Notes under the pieces: model-generated
Seen by the model: only the letters and a program-made list of their open reading frames with translations
Database searches by the model: none
Told to the model about the DNA's origin: nothing
Position numbers and translations under genes: made by a program
Shown here: in pieces, positions 28,966 through 37,751 of the stretch
How the letters are laid out: each line of letters starts with the position of its first letter
Position numbering within the stretch: the stretch's first letter is position 1
Assembly (NCBI GenBank): GCA_001799575.1
Contig: MGTT01000018.1
Coordinates: forward strand, 13,404 to 77,403
DNA from: Elusimicrobia bacterium GWA2_56_46
Lineage (GTDB): Bacteria > Elusimicrobiota > Elusimicrobia > Elusimicrobiales > UBA9959
Length of the DNA stretch: 64,000 nucleotides
Reading direction: 5' to 3'

Positions 28966-31260
28966 TCAGCTCTTCTTGCCGTTCAAACCGTTCCAGACTT
29001 TCTCCGGCAGCAAAGGCACTGTCCTCACCCGCGCGCCGGAGGCGTTCATTATCGCGTTGCCCACGGCCGGGGCCACGCCTATCAAAGGGACTTCTCCTAT
29101 GCCTTTGGCCTTGTACGGGCCCCCGGCATAGGGTTTCTCTATGAATGTTATATCATATTCGGGTTTGTCAGCGGTAGTGGCCAGCACGTAATCGGTGAAA
29201 TTGGGGTTAAGCATGATCCCGTTTTTGTACGCCAGATTTTCGTAAAGCGCCCAGCTCATCCCCTGCAGCAGCCCGCCCTGGGCCTGGCCTTCCGCAAGCC
29301 CCGGATTGATGATCCTGCCCGCGTCGTAGGCGGCGTAAATCTTAAGAACTTTCGTCACGCCGGTCTTAAGATCCACCTCCACATCGGCCACGTCGGCGGA
29401 GTAAGAATAAGTGACATAGGCATCGCCCTGGCCGTCGCCCATATCATAGGAAGTGCGGGGCGCGACATACCAGCCCTGTTCGCCCATTTTCATACGGCGG
29501 TTCCAGCACTCCTTCACCGTTTCGGCGAAAGTCACCGAAACTTCGCCTATGGAAAACAGCCCCTCGGCCGCTCTCATGGGCCCGGAGCCGTCCGCGCCTT
29601 TGGCGAGCAGCAGCTCGAAAGCCGTCTTAAAGATATTGTCCCGCATCGGAGCGGCGGCTTCTATAATGGCGTTGCCGCTCATAAGCGTGGTGCGGCTGGC
29701 GACGGTGGGACCGGAATCAGAAACCTTGGAAGTATCCACTTCTTCCAGCTTTATGTTTTCGTAAGGGGCGTTCAGGGTCTCGGCGCAGATCTGACTCAGC
29801 ACGGTCAGGGCGCCCTGGCCCATCTCGGTATTACCGACATTCACCCCCACGGTGGCGTCCTTGTAAATGTTCACATAAGCGCCTGCGCGGTCAAGATACC
29901 GGCCCTTGGCGCCCAGCCCTACCCCGTAATACGCCACGGACACTCCCAGTCCCCTCGCAATCTCCCCTTTATCCTTTATCCTTAAGCCTTTAGCCTTCCT
30001 TCTGTCCCAATTCGATCTTTTTTTCACGGTTTCGAGAAGTTTCTCCAGGCCGCAGGAAGCGCCGATAATCTGGCCGGTGGCGGTCTTGTCTCCGGGGCGC
30101 AGGATATTCTTGAGGCGCAGCCGGACGGGATCCATTTCCAGCTTGTGCGCCAGTTCGTCCACCAGGGATTCCTGGGCAAAGCAGATCTGCGGCTGGCCGA
30201 AGCCCCTGAAAGCTCCGCAGGGCACTTTATTGGTGGCCGCGGCATAGGCCTCTATGCGGATATTTTCGATCCGGTATGGCCCGGCCGCGTGCACGGCTCC
30301 GCGCCACAGGACTATAGGCGAAAGCGTGGCGTAGGCGCCCCCGTCCAGAACGTACTTGACCACGCAGGCCGTGATCTTCCCGTCCCTGTCCGCCGCGTAG
30401 GCAACTCTGGACCAGGACGGATGGCGTTTGGACATGGAGTTGAAATCTTCTTTGCGGTCATAGATAAGCCTGACCGGTCTGCCGACCTTGAGCGCGCAGA
30501 CAGAGGCGTGAGAGGCCACCAGGGCCGGGACGTCTTCTTTGCCGCCGAAGCCGCCGCCGGTCACGGTCTGGATGACTTTCACTTTGTGATAACCAAGATC
30601 CGCCGCGGCCGCCACGGCATCCAGCACATAGAACGGACACTGGGTCGAACTGTAGACGGTCAGCCCGCCGTCCGGTTCCGGCACGGCCGTCACGCCCTGG
30701 GTTTCCAGATAAGCGTGTACCTGGTAGTTGGTCGAGAATTCCTCTTCCACCACCACGTGGGCGTCCCTTATGGCTTGATCCGGGTTACCTTTCTTAATGA
30801 CAAATTTAGCGAAAACATTATCGTCCCCGTGGAGTTTTACGGCGTTTTTTTCCAGCGCTCTCAGGGGATCGTCCAGAAAAGGAAGTTCTTTATACTTTAT
30901 CTCCACCAGGCGCGCGGCGGCAACTGCGGCTTTCCGGGTTTCAGCCACCACAAGGGCGATCGTTTCCCCCTGGAACCTCGCTTCGGTCTCCGGCAGAAAA
31001 GGGTAGTCGCTCGACACAAGCGGCCATTTATTGGGGCCTTTCACGTCCTTGTATGTGACCAAAGTCACATAGCCGGGGACTTTTTCGGCTTTGGCGGCGG
31101 AGATTGAGAGGATCTTTATGCGGGGTTTGGGGCAGCGGACGGCGGCGGCGTAAAGCAGGCCGGCGAAGTCCTGGTCGGCCGCGTATCTGGCCCGGCCCGT
31201 CGCCTTTATGAAAGCGTCTTTCCTGGGCAGCGACTTTCCCACGAATGAAAACTTGTCCAT
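28966..31260 (-). CDS. Xanthine dehydrogenase family molybdopterin-binding large subunit (set 2)
   Basis: 764 aa, MDKFSFVGKSLPRKDAFIKATGRARYAAD..., with GGGFGGKED and the XDH/aldehyde oxidase pattern. Confidence 0.88.
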   Translation of the reverse strand: MDKFSFVGKSLPRKDAFIKATGRARYAADQDFAGLLYAAAVRCPKPRIKILSISAAKAEKVPGYVTLVTYKDVKGPNKWPLVSSDYPFLPETEARFQGETIALVVAETRKAAVAAARLVEIKYKELPFLDDPLRALEKNAVKLHGDDNVFAKFVIKKGNPDQAIRDAHVVVEEEFSTNYQVHAYLETQGVTAVPEPDGGLTVYSSTQCPFYVLDAVAAAADLGYHKVKVIQTVTGGGFGGKEDVPALVASHASVCALKVGRPVRLIYDRKEDFNSMSKRHPSWSRVAYAADRDGKITACVVKYVLDGGAYATLSPIVLWRGAVHAAGPYRIENIRIEAYAAATNKVPCGAFRGFGQPQICFAQESLVDELAHKLEMDPVRLRLKNILRPGDKTATGQIIGASCGLEKLLETVKKRSNWDRRKAKGLRIKDKGEIARGLGVSVAYYGVGLGAKGRYLDRAGAYVNIYKDATVGVNVGNTEMGQGALTVLSQICAETLNAPYENIKLEEVDTSKVSDSGPTVASRTTLMSGNAIIEAAAPMRDNIFKTAFELLLAKGADGSGPMRAAEGLFSIGEVSVTFAETVKECWNRRMKMGEQGWYVAPRTSYDMGDGQGDAYVTYSYSADVADVEVDLKTGVTKVLKIYAAYDAGRIINPGLAEGQAQGGLLQGMSWALYENLAYKNGIMLNPNFTDYVLATTADKPEYDITFIEKPYAGGPYKAKGIGEVPLIGVAPAVGNAIMNASGARVRTVPLLPEKVWNGLNGKKS
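29964..30000. repeat. Heptamer-periodic array R8 inside the Mo subunit #2 CDS
   Basis: ATCCTTT ATCCTTA AGCCTTT AGCCTTC (29971-29998). Encodes RKAKGLRIKDKGE in frame. Same unit family as R9. Confidence 0.65.
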
Positions 31261-31266
31261 CAGTTC

Positions 31267-31315
31267 TGACCTTTATCCTTTAGCCTTTGGCCTTAAGCCT
31301 TTCCCCTCACCCTCA
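31267..31315. repeat. Heptamer-periodic array R9
   Basis: TGACCTT TATCCTT TAGCCTT TGGCCTT AAGCCTT TCCCCTC ACCCTCA. Spans the xdhC C-terminus (HMRVRGKA*) and the spacer before Mo#2. Confidence 0.75.
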
Positions 31316-32102
31316 TATGCCCGCCGCCGCGTTTGTAATGCAGTTGAATTATCTCCGCCAGGATCGAGACGGCTATCTCGCCCGGCGTCTTGCCGCCCAG
31401 ATCAAGCCCGATCGGAGAATAAACCCGTTTGTCTTTCAGCGGATAAAGTTTTTTTCCGCCGACCCGGCGGAACACTTCCCGCACCTTTTCGGCGCTGCCT
31501 ATCATGCCGATATAAGGCGCTTTCGTTTTCATGGCCTCTTCCAGACATTCCCTGTCCAGGGCGTGTCCGCGCGTGACTATGACCACATAGGTATCTTCGT
31601 CCACGCCGGCGCGCGCGACAGCCTCGTGCGGATTTTCGAGAATTATCCCGGAGGCGCTGGGGAATCTTTCCTTGTTGGCGAATTCCGGCCTGTCGTCCGC
31701 GACCAGGCAGGGGTACCCGGCGAGGTTTGCGGCCTCGGCTATTTTCACGCCCACATGGCCGGCGCCGAGTATAAGTATTTTAAGAGGGTTTTTGTATACG
31801 TCTATGAATATTTCCACCCGGCCCATGCAGATCATACCGGTATTCCCGGCGGGCTTCAGATCAAAAATGAATTTACCGCCCAGACCTTTCCTGACGCAGG
31901 CCACGGCCTGTTTTATGGCCAGCGCTTCCAGCGCCCCCCCGCCGACGGTACCCTCTATGGCGCCGTTCTCGAACACCAGCATTTTGGCGCCCGCCTCGCG
32001 CGGCGTGGAGCCGTCCACGGAAATCACCGTGACAAAAGCGGCGTTCTTTCCGGCGTCGATGGCTTCGCCCAGTATTTTGATGAGGTTTCCGGAACCTTTC
32101 AT
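31293..32102 (-). CDS. xdhC: XdhC/CoxI family molybdoenzyme maturation protein
   Basis: Contains AFVTVISVDGSTPREAGAKMLV...GTVGGG, Rossmann ILGAGHVG and IVTRGH. The start at 32102 (MKGSG) gives a TAATG junction with the upstream gene. Confidence 0.85.
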   Translation of the reverse strand: MKGSGNLIKILGEAIDAGKNAAFVTVISVDGSTPREAGAKMLVFENGAIEGTVGGGALEALAIKQAVACVRKGLGGKFIFDLKPAGNTGMICMGRVEIFIDVYKNPLKILILGAGHVGVKIAEAANLAGYPCLVADDRPEFANKERFPSASGIILENPHEAVARAGVDEDTYVVIVTRGHALDRECLEEAMKTKAPYIGMIGSAEKVREVFRRVGGKKLYPLKDKRVYSPIGLDLGGKTPGEIAVSILAEIIQLHYKRGGGHMRVRGKA

Positions 32103-32629
32103 TATTTCAGCACCCACTCGTCAAGCGTCTTGTCCGTTCCGTATTCCACGATCTCTACGGCGGTCGAATCTTTTCCCAGGGCTTTCGCCCATTCGTTCGC
32201 CACGATCTTCACCAGTTGTTCCTGCTGGGCTCTCTCCAGATTGTTGAAGCGCTCGTCCACATAAACACGCAGCGCGTCGCCCTTGTAGCCGATATCGGCC
32301 ACCCCCAGCGTGTTCAGGGAGCCCGAACCTTTTTCCTTGATTTTTTGGATCAAAGCGTCCTTAACTCCGGCGGAGGTCTTGACGTCATCGGCCGCCGCGG
32401 GAACTTCAGCCGGCGCGGTCGCCGAATTGGCTGAAGACGAATATCCGGCGATCTTGCCGGCCAGGGCAAGCGCCAGGACGATAAGGAGTATTTTCAACGG
32501 AAGCGAGCCCGGTTTCCCGGCTATCCCGGATTCCGTTCTGGCGCCAAGTTTTATATTGCATCGCGGACATCTTTTCGCGTTCTCATCCGCTTCGGTCGAG
32601 CAGTTATAACATTTCTTGGTCTTACCCAT
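32102..32629 (-). CDS. Zinc-ribbon membrane-anchored protein, function unknown
   Basis: 175 aa with CYNCSTEADENAKRCPRCN, one TM segment (LKILLIVLALALAGKIAGY), and a soluble C-terminal domain. Confidence 0.6.
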   Translation of the reverse strand: MGKTKKCYNCSTEADENAKRCPRCNIKLGARTESGIAGKPGSLPLKILLIVLALALAGKIAGYSSSANSATAPAEVPAAADDVKTSAGVKDALIQKIKEKGSGSLNTLGVADIGYKGDALRVYVDERFNNLERAQQEQLVKIVANEWAKALGKDSTAVEIVEYGTDKTLDEWVLK

Positions 32630-32707
32630 AGTTCGTCACCTCGTCCGGAAAATCTACCGCCGTACATTATATAAATTATCCCGCGCAGTGCTCCGGCCGG
32701 ATAGTGA

Positions 32708-33394
32708 TCAGCGGTCGCCAGCAGGCAGCCGCGAGTATTCCTCCGGGGTATCGAAATCGCGGATAATGCCGCCGTCTTCCACGGTCAGATCCGCGGGCGT
32801 CACCGATGGATGATGCGTAACCCAGTGCAGCCCCTTCCCGGCCGGGCCGTCAAAGCAGAGCTGAAAATAGCGACGGGGAATAATTATCGGGTGGCCGCGT
32901 TTAAAAAAAAGGGTAGAGGGTAGAGGGTGGAGGGTAGAGTTATCGGAATTCTGACCTGTGACTTGTGACCTGTGACTTGTGACCCACGGCTGCCCCGCTT
33001 CGCGTCTGCACCTGGGGATGACAAGGAAATCTTTGTGTAAACGCCAAAAGCCAGCTATCAATTTATAGGTTTCCGGCTTTATAAGCGGCTGATCTACCAG
33101 GCAGATCATTGCGGCTTCGGCTTCCGGGCCGGCCATTTTAAGGCCGGCCCTTACCGAGGCTATCTGGCCCAGTTCGGGCGTCCCGTTAAAGGCGATCTTC
33201 TCTTCCTTTGGCCGCCAGGCCGCCAGGACCTCCGCGCGGTTGGCGCCAAGCACAACGATAGTTTCCCCGGCCCCGGCGGCCTTTGCGCCGGCAAGCGCCG
33301 TCCCAAGGAAAGTCGCGCCCTTATATTCCAACAGGGCTTTTGTCCGCCCCATGCGGCTGGAATCACCCGCCGCAAGTATAATAGCAGAAATCAT
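32708..33394 (-). CDS. mocA: MobA-like NTP transferase, probable molybdenum cofactor cytidylyltransferase, carrying an in-frame repeat-derived insertion
   Basis: N-terminus MISAIILAAGDSSRMGRTKALL and the later KRGHPIIIP motif. Residues about 135-170 (WVTSHRSQVTGQNSDNSTLHPLPSTLFF) are encoded by the heptamer array at 32911-32987. Confidence 0.75.
   Translation of the reverse strand: MISAIILAAGDSSRMGRTKALLEYKGATFLGTALAGAKAAGAGETIVVLGANRAEVLAAWRPKEEKIAFNGTPELGQIASVRAGLKMAGPEAEAAMICLVDQPLIKPETYKLIAGFWRLHKDFLVIPRCRREAGQPWVTSHRSQVTGQNSDNSTLHPLPSTLFFKRGHPIIIPRRYFQLCFDGPAGKGLHWVTHHPSVTPADLTVEDGGIIRDFDTPEEYSRLPAGDR
32911..32987. repeat. Heptamer-periodic array R10 (11 units) inside mocA
   Basis: GGGTAGA GGGTAGA GGGTGGA GGGTAGA GTTATCG GAATTCT GACCTGT GACTTGT GACCTGT GACTTGT GACCCAC, preceded by A8. 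Confidence 0.85.
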
Positions 33395-33411
33395 AGTCTT
33401 CGTCCCGGCTC

Positions 33412-33747
33412 TCAGCAGGAGACGCCCTTAAAAATCTTTTCGCCAACCGGCACAAACGACAGAAATATGCTCCTGAACAGCTTCCCGTGGTTCGGAACCA
33501 GCAGGTGAACCAGCTCATGAACAACTACCGCCTCCTGGAACTTGCGCGATTTGGCAAACAAGGCGGTATTAAAAGTTATCTGCCCGGCGGTAGAACAGGA
33601 CGCCCATTTTTTTGTCATTTTCTGAAAGCGTATCCGGGAAGGTTCGGCATGAATCTTTTTAGCCCAAGCCGAAACCAATCGCTGGAATTTCACTTCCGCC
33701 TCGGCGGGTTTTACGTTGACTCGTTTTGGTGTTATACAGGCCGCCAT
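33412..33747 (-). CDS. Small M48/DUF45 (YgjP/SprT-like) zinc metallohydrolase associated with hsdR
   Basis: About 111 aa with WASCSTAGQITFN and HExxH (VVHELVHLLVPNHG). TGATG junction with the hsdR stop. Confidence 0.7.
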   Translation of the reverse strand: MAACITPKRVNVKPAEAEVKFQRLVSAWAKKIHAEPSRIRFQKMTKKWASCSTAGQITFNTALFAKSRKFQEAVVVHELVHLLVPNHGKLFRSIFLSFVPVGEKIFKGVSC

Positions 33748-36608
33748 CACGCTTTCCGCATCTCAAGTATATTTTTAACTATCCGCACCATCTTCTCTTT
33801 GCCGGCGGCCGGCAGCAGTATTTTGTAGAGCTCAGCCTTCAACTGACGCATCTCCGCGGCATTATCCCTGTAATGCGGATGCTTCTGAACAAGCGCGTCA
33901 ATTTCTGCCGCCAGTTTTTCCGATTCCGCAATGCTTTCGCTCTTTAAAACCCAGTAGGCGGTAAAGGTATTTTCATCAAAGTTTTTTTCCTTCCGCTCTT
34001 TCTGGGCGCCCTGGTACTTCCGGTATAGTTCCTCTATCTCTTTCAGCGCGGCCTCAGTAGTAAGCTGGCGGTTTTCGTAGCCCTCAAGAATAGCTTCCGC
34101 CCTTTCTTTTATAGAGATAAGATGCGGCTGGCCGTCAGTGTCAACAATGCGGATTATCTGTATGACAAGGTTTATAACTTTAGCCTTGCCGGTATTTGTG
34201 GATTTTATGGCTGTGATTATTTCCTCATTCAATTTTACTGTGTTGGTCGGGGCCTCCAGGTATGCCCCGACTTTTTCGCGCACAAGGCTTTCCGTTTTGC
34301 GCATGAAGTCCGGGGCGGCTATCGGCCTTGGGCTGAAAAACTTGCGTATTATGCCGTATAGAGCCGCCAGCTTGAGATAATCATCCATGTGTTTGCGCAG
34401 GAAAACATCCGGGGAAATTATCTCGTAAAGCATTTCCAGTTCTTTGTAAAAATCAAAGAAAGCCTTTCTATCTTCTTTGTCGGCCAGGGCTTCTATGGCG
34501 CGTTCAACAGTTTTGTCGTCAACTTTGCCCTGACAGAGCGCCAGGTATTTTGGCGCGGTATCGGTCATTAAAGCGGCAAAGCGCCCTTTAAGCGCCTCAA
34601 GATTTTTTATAACTCCGCTTACAATATCGGAATCAAAGGCGAGGGCGCGCTCAAGCCTCTCAAATATGCCCACAAAGTCCAGGACAAATCCGCAGGGTTT
34701 GGCTTTGCCGGAACTGTCCTCATAGGGACGGTTTACCCTGGCTATGGCCTGTAAAAGGGCGTGGTCGCGCATGGGCTTATCTAGATACATGCAATAGAGC
34801 AGGGGTGCGTCATAACCCGTAAGCAGCTTATCGGTAACTATCAAGATTTTAGGCATCATATCCGGCTTAAGAAAAGCTTTGCGCACTTTCTTCTCTTCAG
34901 TTTCGGATATATAGAATTCTTTTTTTAATCCATCGTCGTTATGCCCCTTGGTGTAAACAACGCGGGAATACTCCGGCGGCAGATGTTTATCCAGGGCTTT
35001 CTTATACAATGCGCAGGCCTCGCGATCCACCGCCACAAAGAATGCCTTGTAGCCGAGCGGCTCAACGTTGTTGGTGAAATGCTCCGCCGCATATTTGGCC
35101 ACCTTTTCCACCCGGTCATGGCCTTTAAGGAAGTTGCGCAGGTTTACGGCGCGCTCCAGTATTTTATTGAGTTCCTCAATGTCGCTGATTCCTTCGGCCT
35201 CCGCAAGGGCGAAGAATTCCTTTTCAAGCTGATCCTGCGGCACACGTATTTCGTTGGGGGCAAGCGCGTAGTGCAGGGGGCGCGTGGTTCCATCTTCGAT
35301 GGATTCCGCTATGGAGTATTTATCCAGGTAACCTTTATCATCTTCTTTACCGAAGATCTTGAATGTCCCTTTGCCATAAGCGGTTTTATCAATGGGGGTG
35401 CCGGTAAATCCGATAAACGTAGCGTTGGGCAGCGCCGCCACCAGATAATTGCCCAGGTCGCCGCCGGTACTGCGGTGCGCTTCGTCTATAAGCACAAAAA
35501 TATCCGGTCTGTCGGACAGGCATTCATCGGCGCGGTCAAATTTATGGATCATGGAAACAATAAGGCCGCGGTACCCGCTTTTTAAAAGCGCGCGCAGCTC
35601 TTTTTTGTTCTCCACCGGTTTATGGGAGTCCCCGCCCAGCATGTTCACCAGCCAGCCGGAGAGCTGGCCTTCAAGCTCGTTGCGGTCCACCAGCATAAGA
35701 ACAGTGGGCTTGGCAGGCAGCCGCAGTATAAGTTCCGCGGCCTTTATCATAGTAAAGGTTTTTCCCGAGCCCTGCGTATGCCAGACAAGGCCTGTCTTTT
35801 TGAGCGGATCCAGGGCGCGCGCCACTATCTTTTCTATCGCGCGGCTCTGATGCTGGCGTAGTACGGCTTTTTTGAGCTCGTCGTCCTTGGTGAAGAAGAT
35901 AATCCAATCGCCAATAAGTTTTAAAAACCGCTCCCGTCCGAAGAATGTCTTTACCTTTTTTTCAAAATTGCCGGGCTCTTCATCTTTCCAGTTAAAGACG
36001 CTCTTTCGGTCGAAGTTCCAGGTGGCGGCATAATAAAAATCCAGGATGTGGGTAATGTCAAAGACCTGGGGAGAAGTTATAAGTTCAGGGGTTTCCTTGT
36101 GGTACCGGTACACCTGAACAAGCGCATCCTCAATATCTTTTTTAGCGTTTTTAGCCTCAACAATGGCCACTGGGATCCCGTTGACCACAAACATCACATC
36201 TGCGCGGTTGCGGCTTTTGCCGTTAGTATATGACCACTCATCCGATATGTTAAAAACGTTGTTGCCGGGGTTCGCGTAATCAACCAGGGTAACGTTCCGC
36301 TCCTGTTTTTCGCTCTCGACGTAGACGGAATTCCTGCCGCGCAGCCACTTGAGTATTTCACAGTTGCCTTCAATATTATTGCGGACATTTTCAATCCTGC
36401 CGATTATGGCATCCACGTTCGCAATGGTTACGATGCCGGGATTAAGATCAATTAACTTGCGGCGGAGAGTCTCGTATAAGAAAAGCCCGCTCTCGCCCTG
36501 GCGCAGCGTCAGGGCTTCGTCCTGGGACAGGTAAACCCAACCGATGTCCACGGCATATCTCACCAAAGGATTCTGCACAGTAGCTTTTTCGTTGTCAAGG
36601 TTAGGCAT
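33747..36608 (-). CDS. hsdR: Type I restriction enzyme R subunit
   Basis: 953 aa with N-terminal nuclease region VNGIPVAIVEAKN, helicase motif I WHTQGSGKT, motif II LIDEAHRS, and later motifs TDKLLTGYDAP and QAIARVNR. Confidence 0.93.
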   Translation of the reverse strand: MPNLDNEKATVQNPLVRYAVDIGWVYLSQDEALTLRQGESGLFLYETLRRKLIDLNPGIVTIANVDAIIGRIENVRNNIEGNCEILKWLRGRNSVYVESEKQERNVTLVDYANPGNNVFNISDEWSYTNGKSRNRADVMFVVNGIPVAIVEAKNAKKDIEDALVQVYRYHKETPELITSPQVFDITHILDFYYAATWNFDRKSVFNWKDEEPGNFEKKVKTFFGRERFLKLIGDWIIFFTKDDELKKAVLRQHQSRAIEKIVARALDPLKKTGLVWHTQGSGKTFTMIKAAELILRLPAKPTVLMLVDRNELEGQLSGWLVNMLGGDSHKPVENKKELRALLKSGYRGLIVSMIHKFDRADECLSDRPDIFVLIDEAHRSTGGDLGNYLVAALPNATFIGFTGTPIDKTAYGKGTFKIFGKEDDKGYLDKYSIAESIEDGTTRPLHYALAPNEIRVPQDQLEKEFFALAEAEGISDIEELNKILERAVNLRNFLKGHDRVEKVAKYAAEHFTNNVEPLGYKAFFVAVDREACALYKKALDKHLPPEYSRVVYTKGHNDDGLKKEFYISETEEKKVRKAFLKPDMMPKILIVTDKLLTGYDAPLLYCMYLDKPMRDHALLQAIARVNRPYEDSSGKAKPCGFVLDFVGIFERLERALAFDSDIVSGVIKNLEALKGRFAALMTDTAPKYLALCQGKVDDKTVERAIEALADKEDRKAFFDFYKELEMLYEIISPDVFLRKHMDDYLKLAALYGIIRKFFSPRPIAAPDFMRKTESLVREKVGAYLEAPTNTVKLNEEIITAIKSTNTGKAKVINLVIQIIRIVDTDGQPHLISIKERAEAILEGYENRQLTTEAALKEIEELYRKYQGAQKERKEKNFDENTFTAYWVLKSESIAESEKLAAEIDALVQKHPHYRDNAAEMRQLKAELYKILLPAAGKEKMVRIVKNILEMRKA

Positions 36609-36611
36609 ATT

Positions 36612-37751
36612 TTATTCACTGATCCGCACTTTCCCGGTCATAAGTTGATTAAGAGTTGAAGCGAAGAGTGCTTTTAAATCAGCCAGCCTCTTCTTGCTTC
36701 CATCAATGCTTCCATCTAGTTTTCCTAATACGGCCCCAATTTCAGCTTGCTCATCCTTCTGCGGAAAGGCAATCGCAGCAGAATGAACCAAATTCCTATT
36801 TAAAGTGGGGACACTAACCCCGCCAGAATATTTTTTAAAGTTAAACTGCTGGAAGAAGTAGTGGATAAATTTTGGATTATTCCCATGGAAGTCTGAAACG
36901 AACAATGAGGTGTTTAATGGCCAGTAATCATTACTCATATAAAACGATAGACTGATGGTTCCGCTTCTCCCAGTCATAACGCCAGGGCCTTTGCAGGCTC
37001 CAACTTTGTGATATCCAACTATACCGTTTGATCCGATCACCGGAATATTCCCCGATTCACGACTTTGAACAGGCAAATCATAACCCCTTTGAAGTGTTAT
37101 AAAGTTTCCGAATAGTCCAACATCCCAACTTTTGGGGATTTCTCCGATTTCGCTTTGCTTCAGTGGTTCGCCGCGAAGGCCTTCGTTGAAGATTTTTGAT
37201 AGCGTGGCGGCTTTAAGTTCGCGCAGGTTCGACACCATTCTTTCCTGGTTCTCCACCGCCTTCTGAATCTTTGAAAGCGCATCGGCAATATGTTTCTGCT
37301 CTGATTTTGACGGGCACGGAAGAAGTTGTTCCTTTAAAATTTTAAAATGACGATTATATCCACGATTAGGGATATTCAACCGCTTAAAAACGTAAAAAAG
37401 AAATTTCGGGTCAAAAAATTCTTTGTTCGCTTTAATTAATTTTGTTCCATCGGCTCCAGTAGCAAATGGGAAATCTATATACTTAAAAATCCTGGTATGA
37501 TCCCCGAAAATAATTAACGGGATAGAATCTTTGTAGACTTTCGCCTCATCATTGGTATATCCGGCAATAAGTTCATGCCCTTGGTCGACAATAGGGTATC
37601 TCCCCGCAGTTTTATATGCGCTTTTTGCTTCCGAACCTTTTGATTCTGCCCATTTTTTATCTATAGCGACATCGAAAGGCTTAACCCCCCAATCTCCCGG
37701 TATTTCTCCGATTTCGGTCTGTTTGAATTCGCCGGTTTTTGTTGTGGTCAT
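36612..37751 (-). CDS. hsdS: Type I restriction enzyme S (specificity) subunit, two TRDs
   Basis: 379 aa. Duplicated TRD entry motif (TEIGEIPGDWGV and SEIGEIPKSWDV) and two conserved coiled-coil spacers. The region is visibly AT-rich. Confidence 0.9.
   Translation of the reverse strand: MTTTKTGEFKQTEIGEIPGDWGVKPFDVAIDKKWAESKGSEAKSAYKTAGRYPIVDQGHELIAGYTNDEAKVYKDSIPLIIFGDHTRIFKYIDFPFATGADGTKLIKANKEFFDPKFLFYVFKRLNIPNRGYNRHFKILKEQLLPCPSKSEQKHIADALSKIQKAVENQERMVSNLRELKAATLSKIFNEGLRGEPLKQSEIGEIPKSWDVGLFGNFITLQRGYDLPVQSRESGNIPVIGSNGIVGYHKVGACKGPGVMTGRSGTISLSFYMSNDYWPLNTSLFVSDFHGNNPKFIHYFFQQFNFKKYSGGVSVPTLNRNLVHSAAIAFPQKDEQAEIGAVLGKLDGSIDGSKKRLADLKALFASTLNQLMTGKVRISE

Noticed and set aside
19035-32102. 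A selenium-dependent molybdenum hydroxylase or selenocysteine reading of the XDH-family clusters, because ssnA and ygfK-like genes are nearby.
   Set aside because: The subunit genes have no in-frame TGA interruptions. I recognised no yqeB/yqeC-like or selD genes in the window. The XdhC here is the ordinary size of about 270 aa.
36612-37751. A phase-variable or shufflon-type hsdS system.
   Set aside because: There is only one hsdS gene. There are no inverted hsdS fragments and no recombinase in the island.
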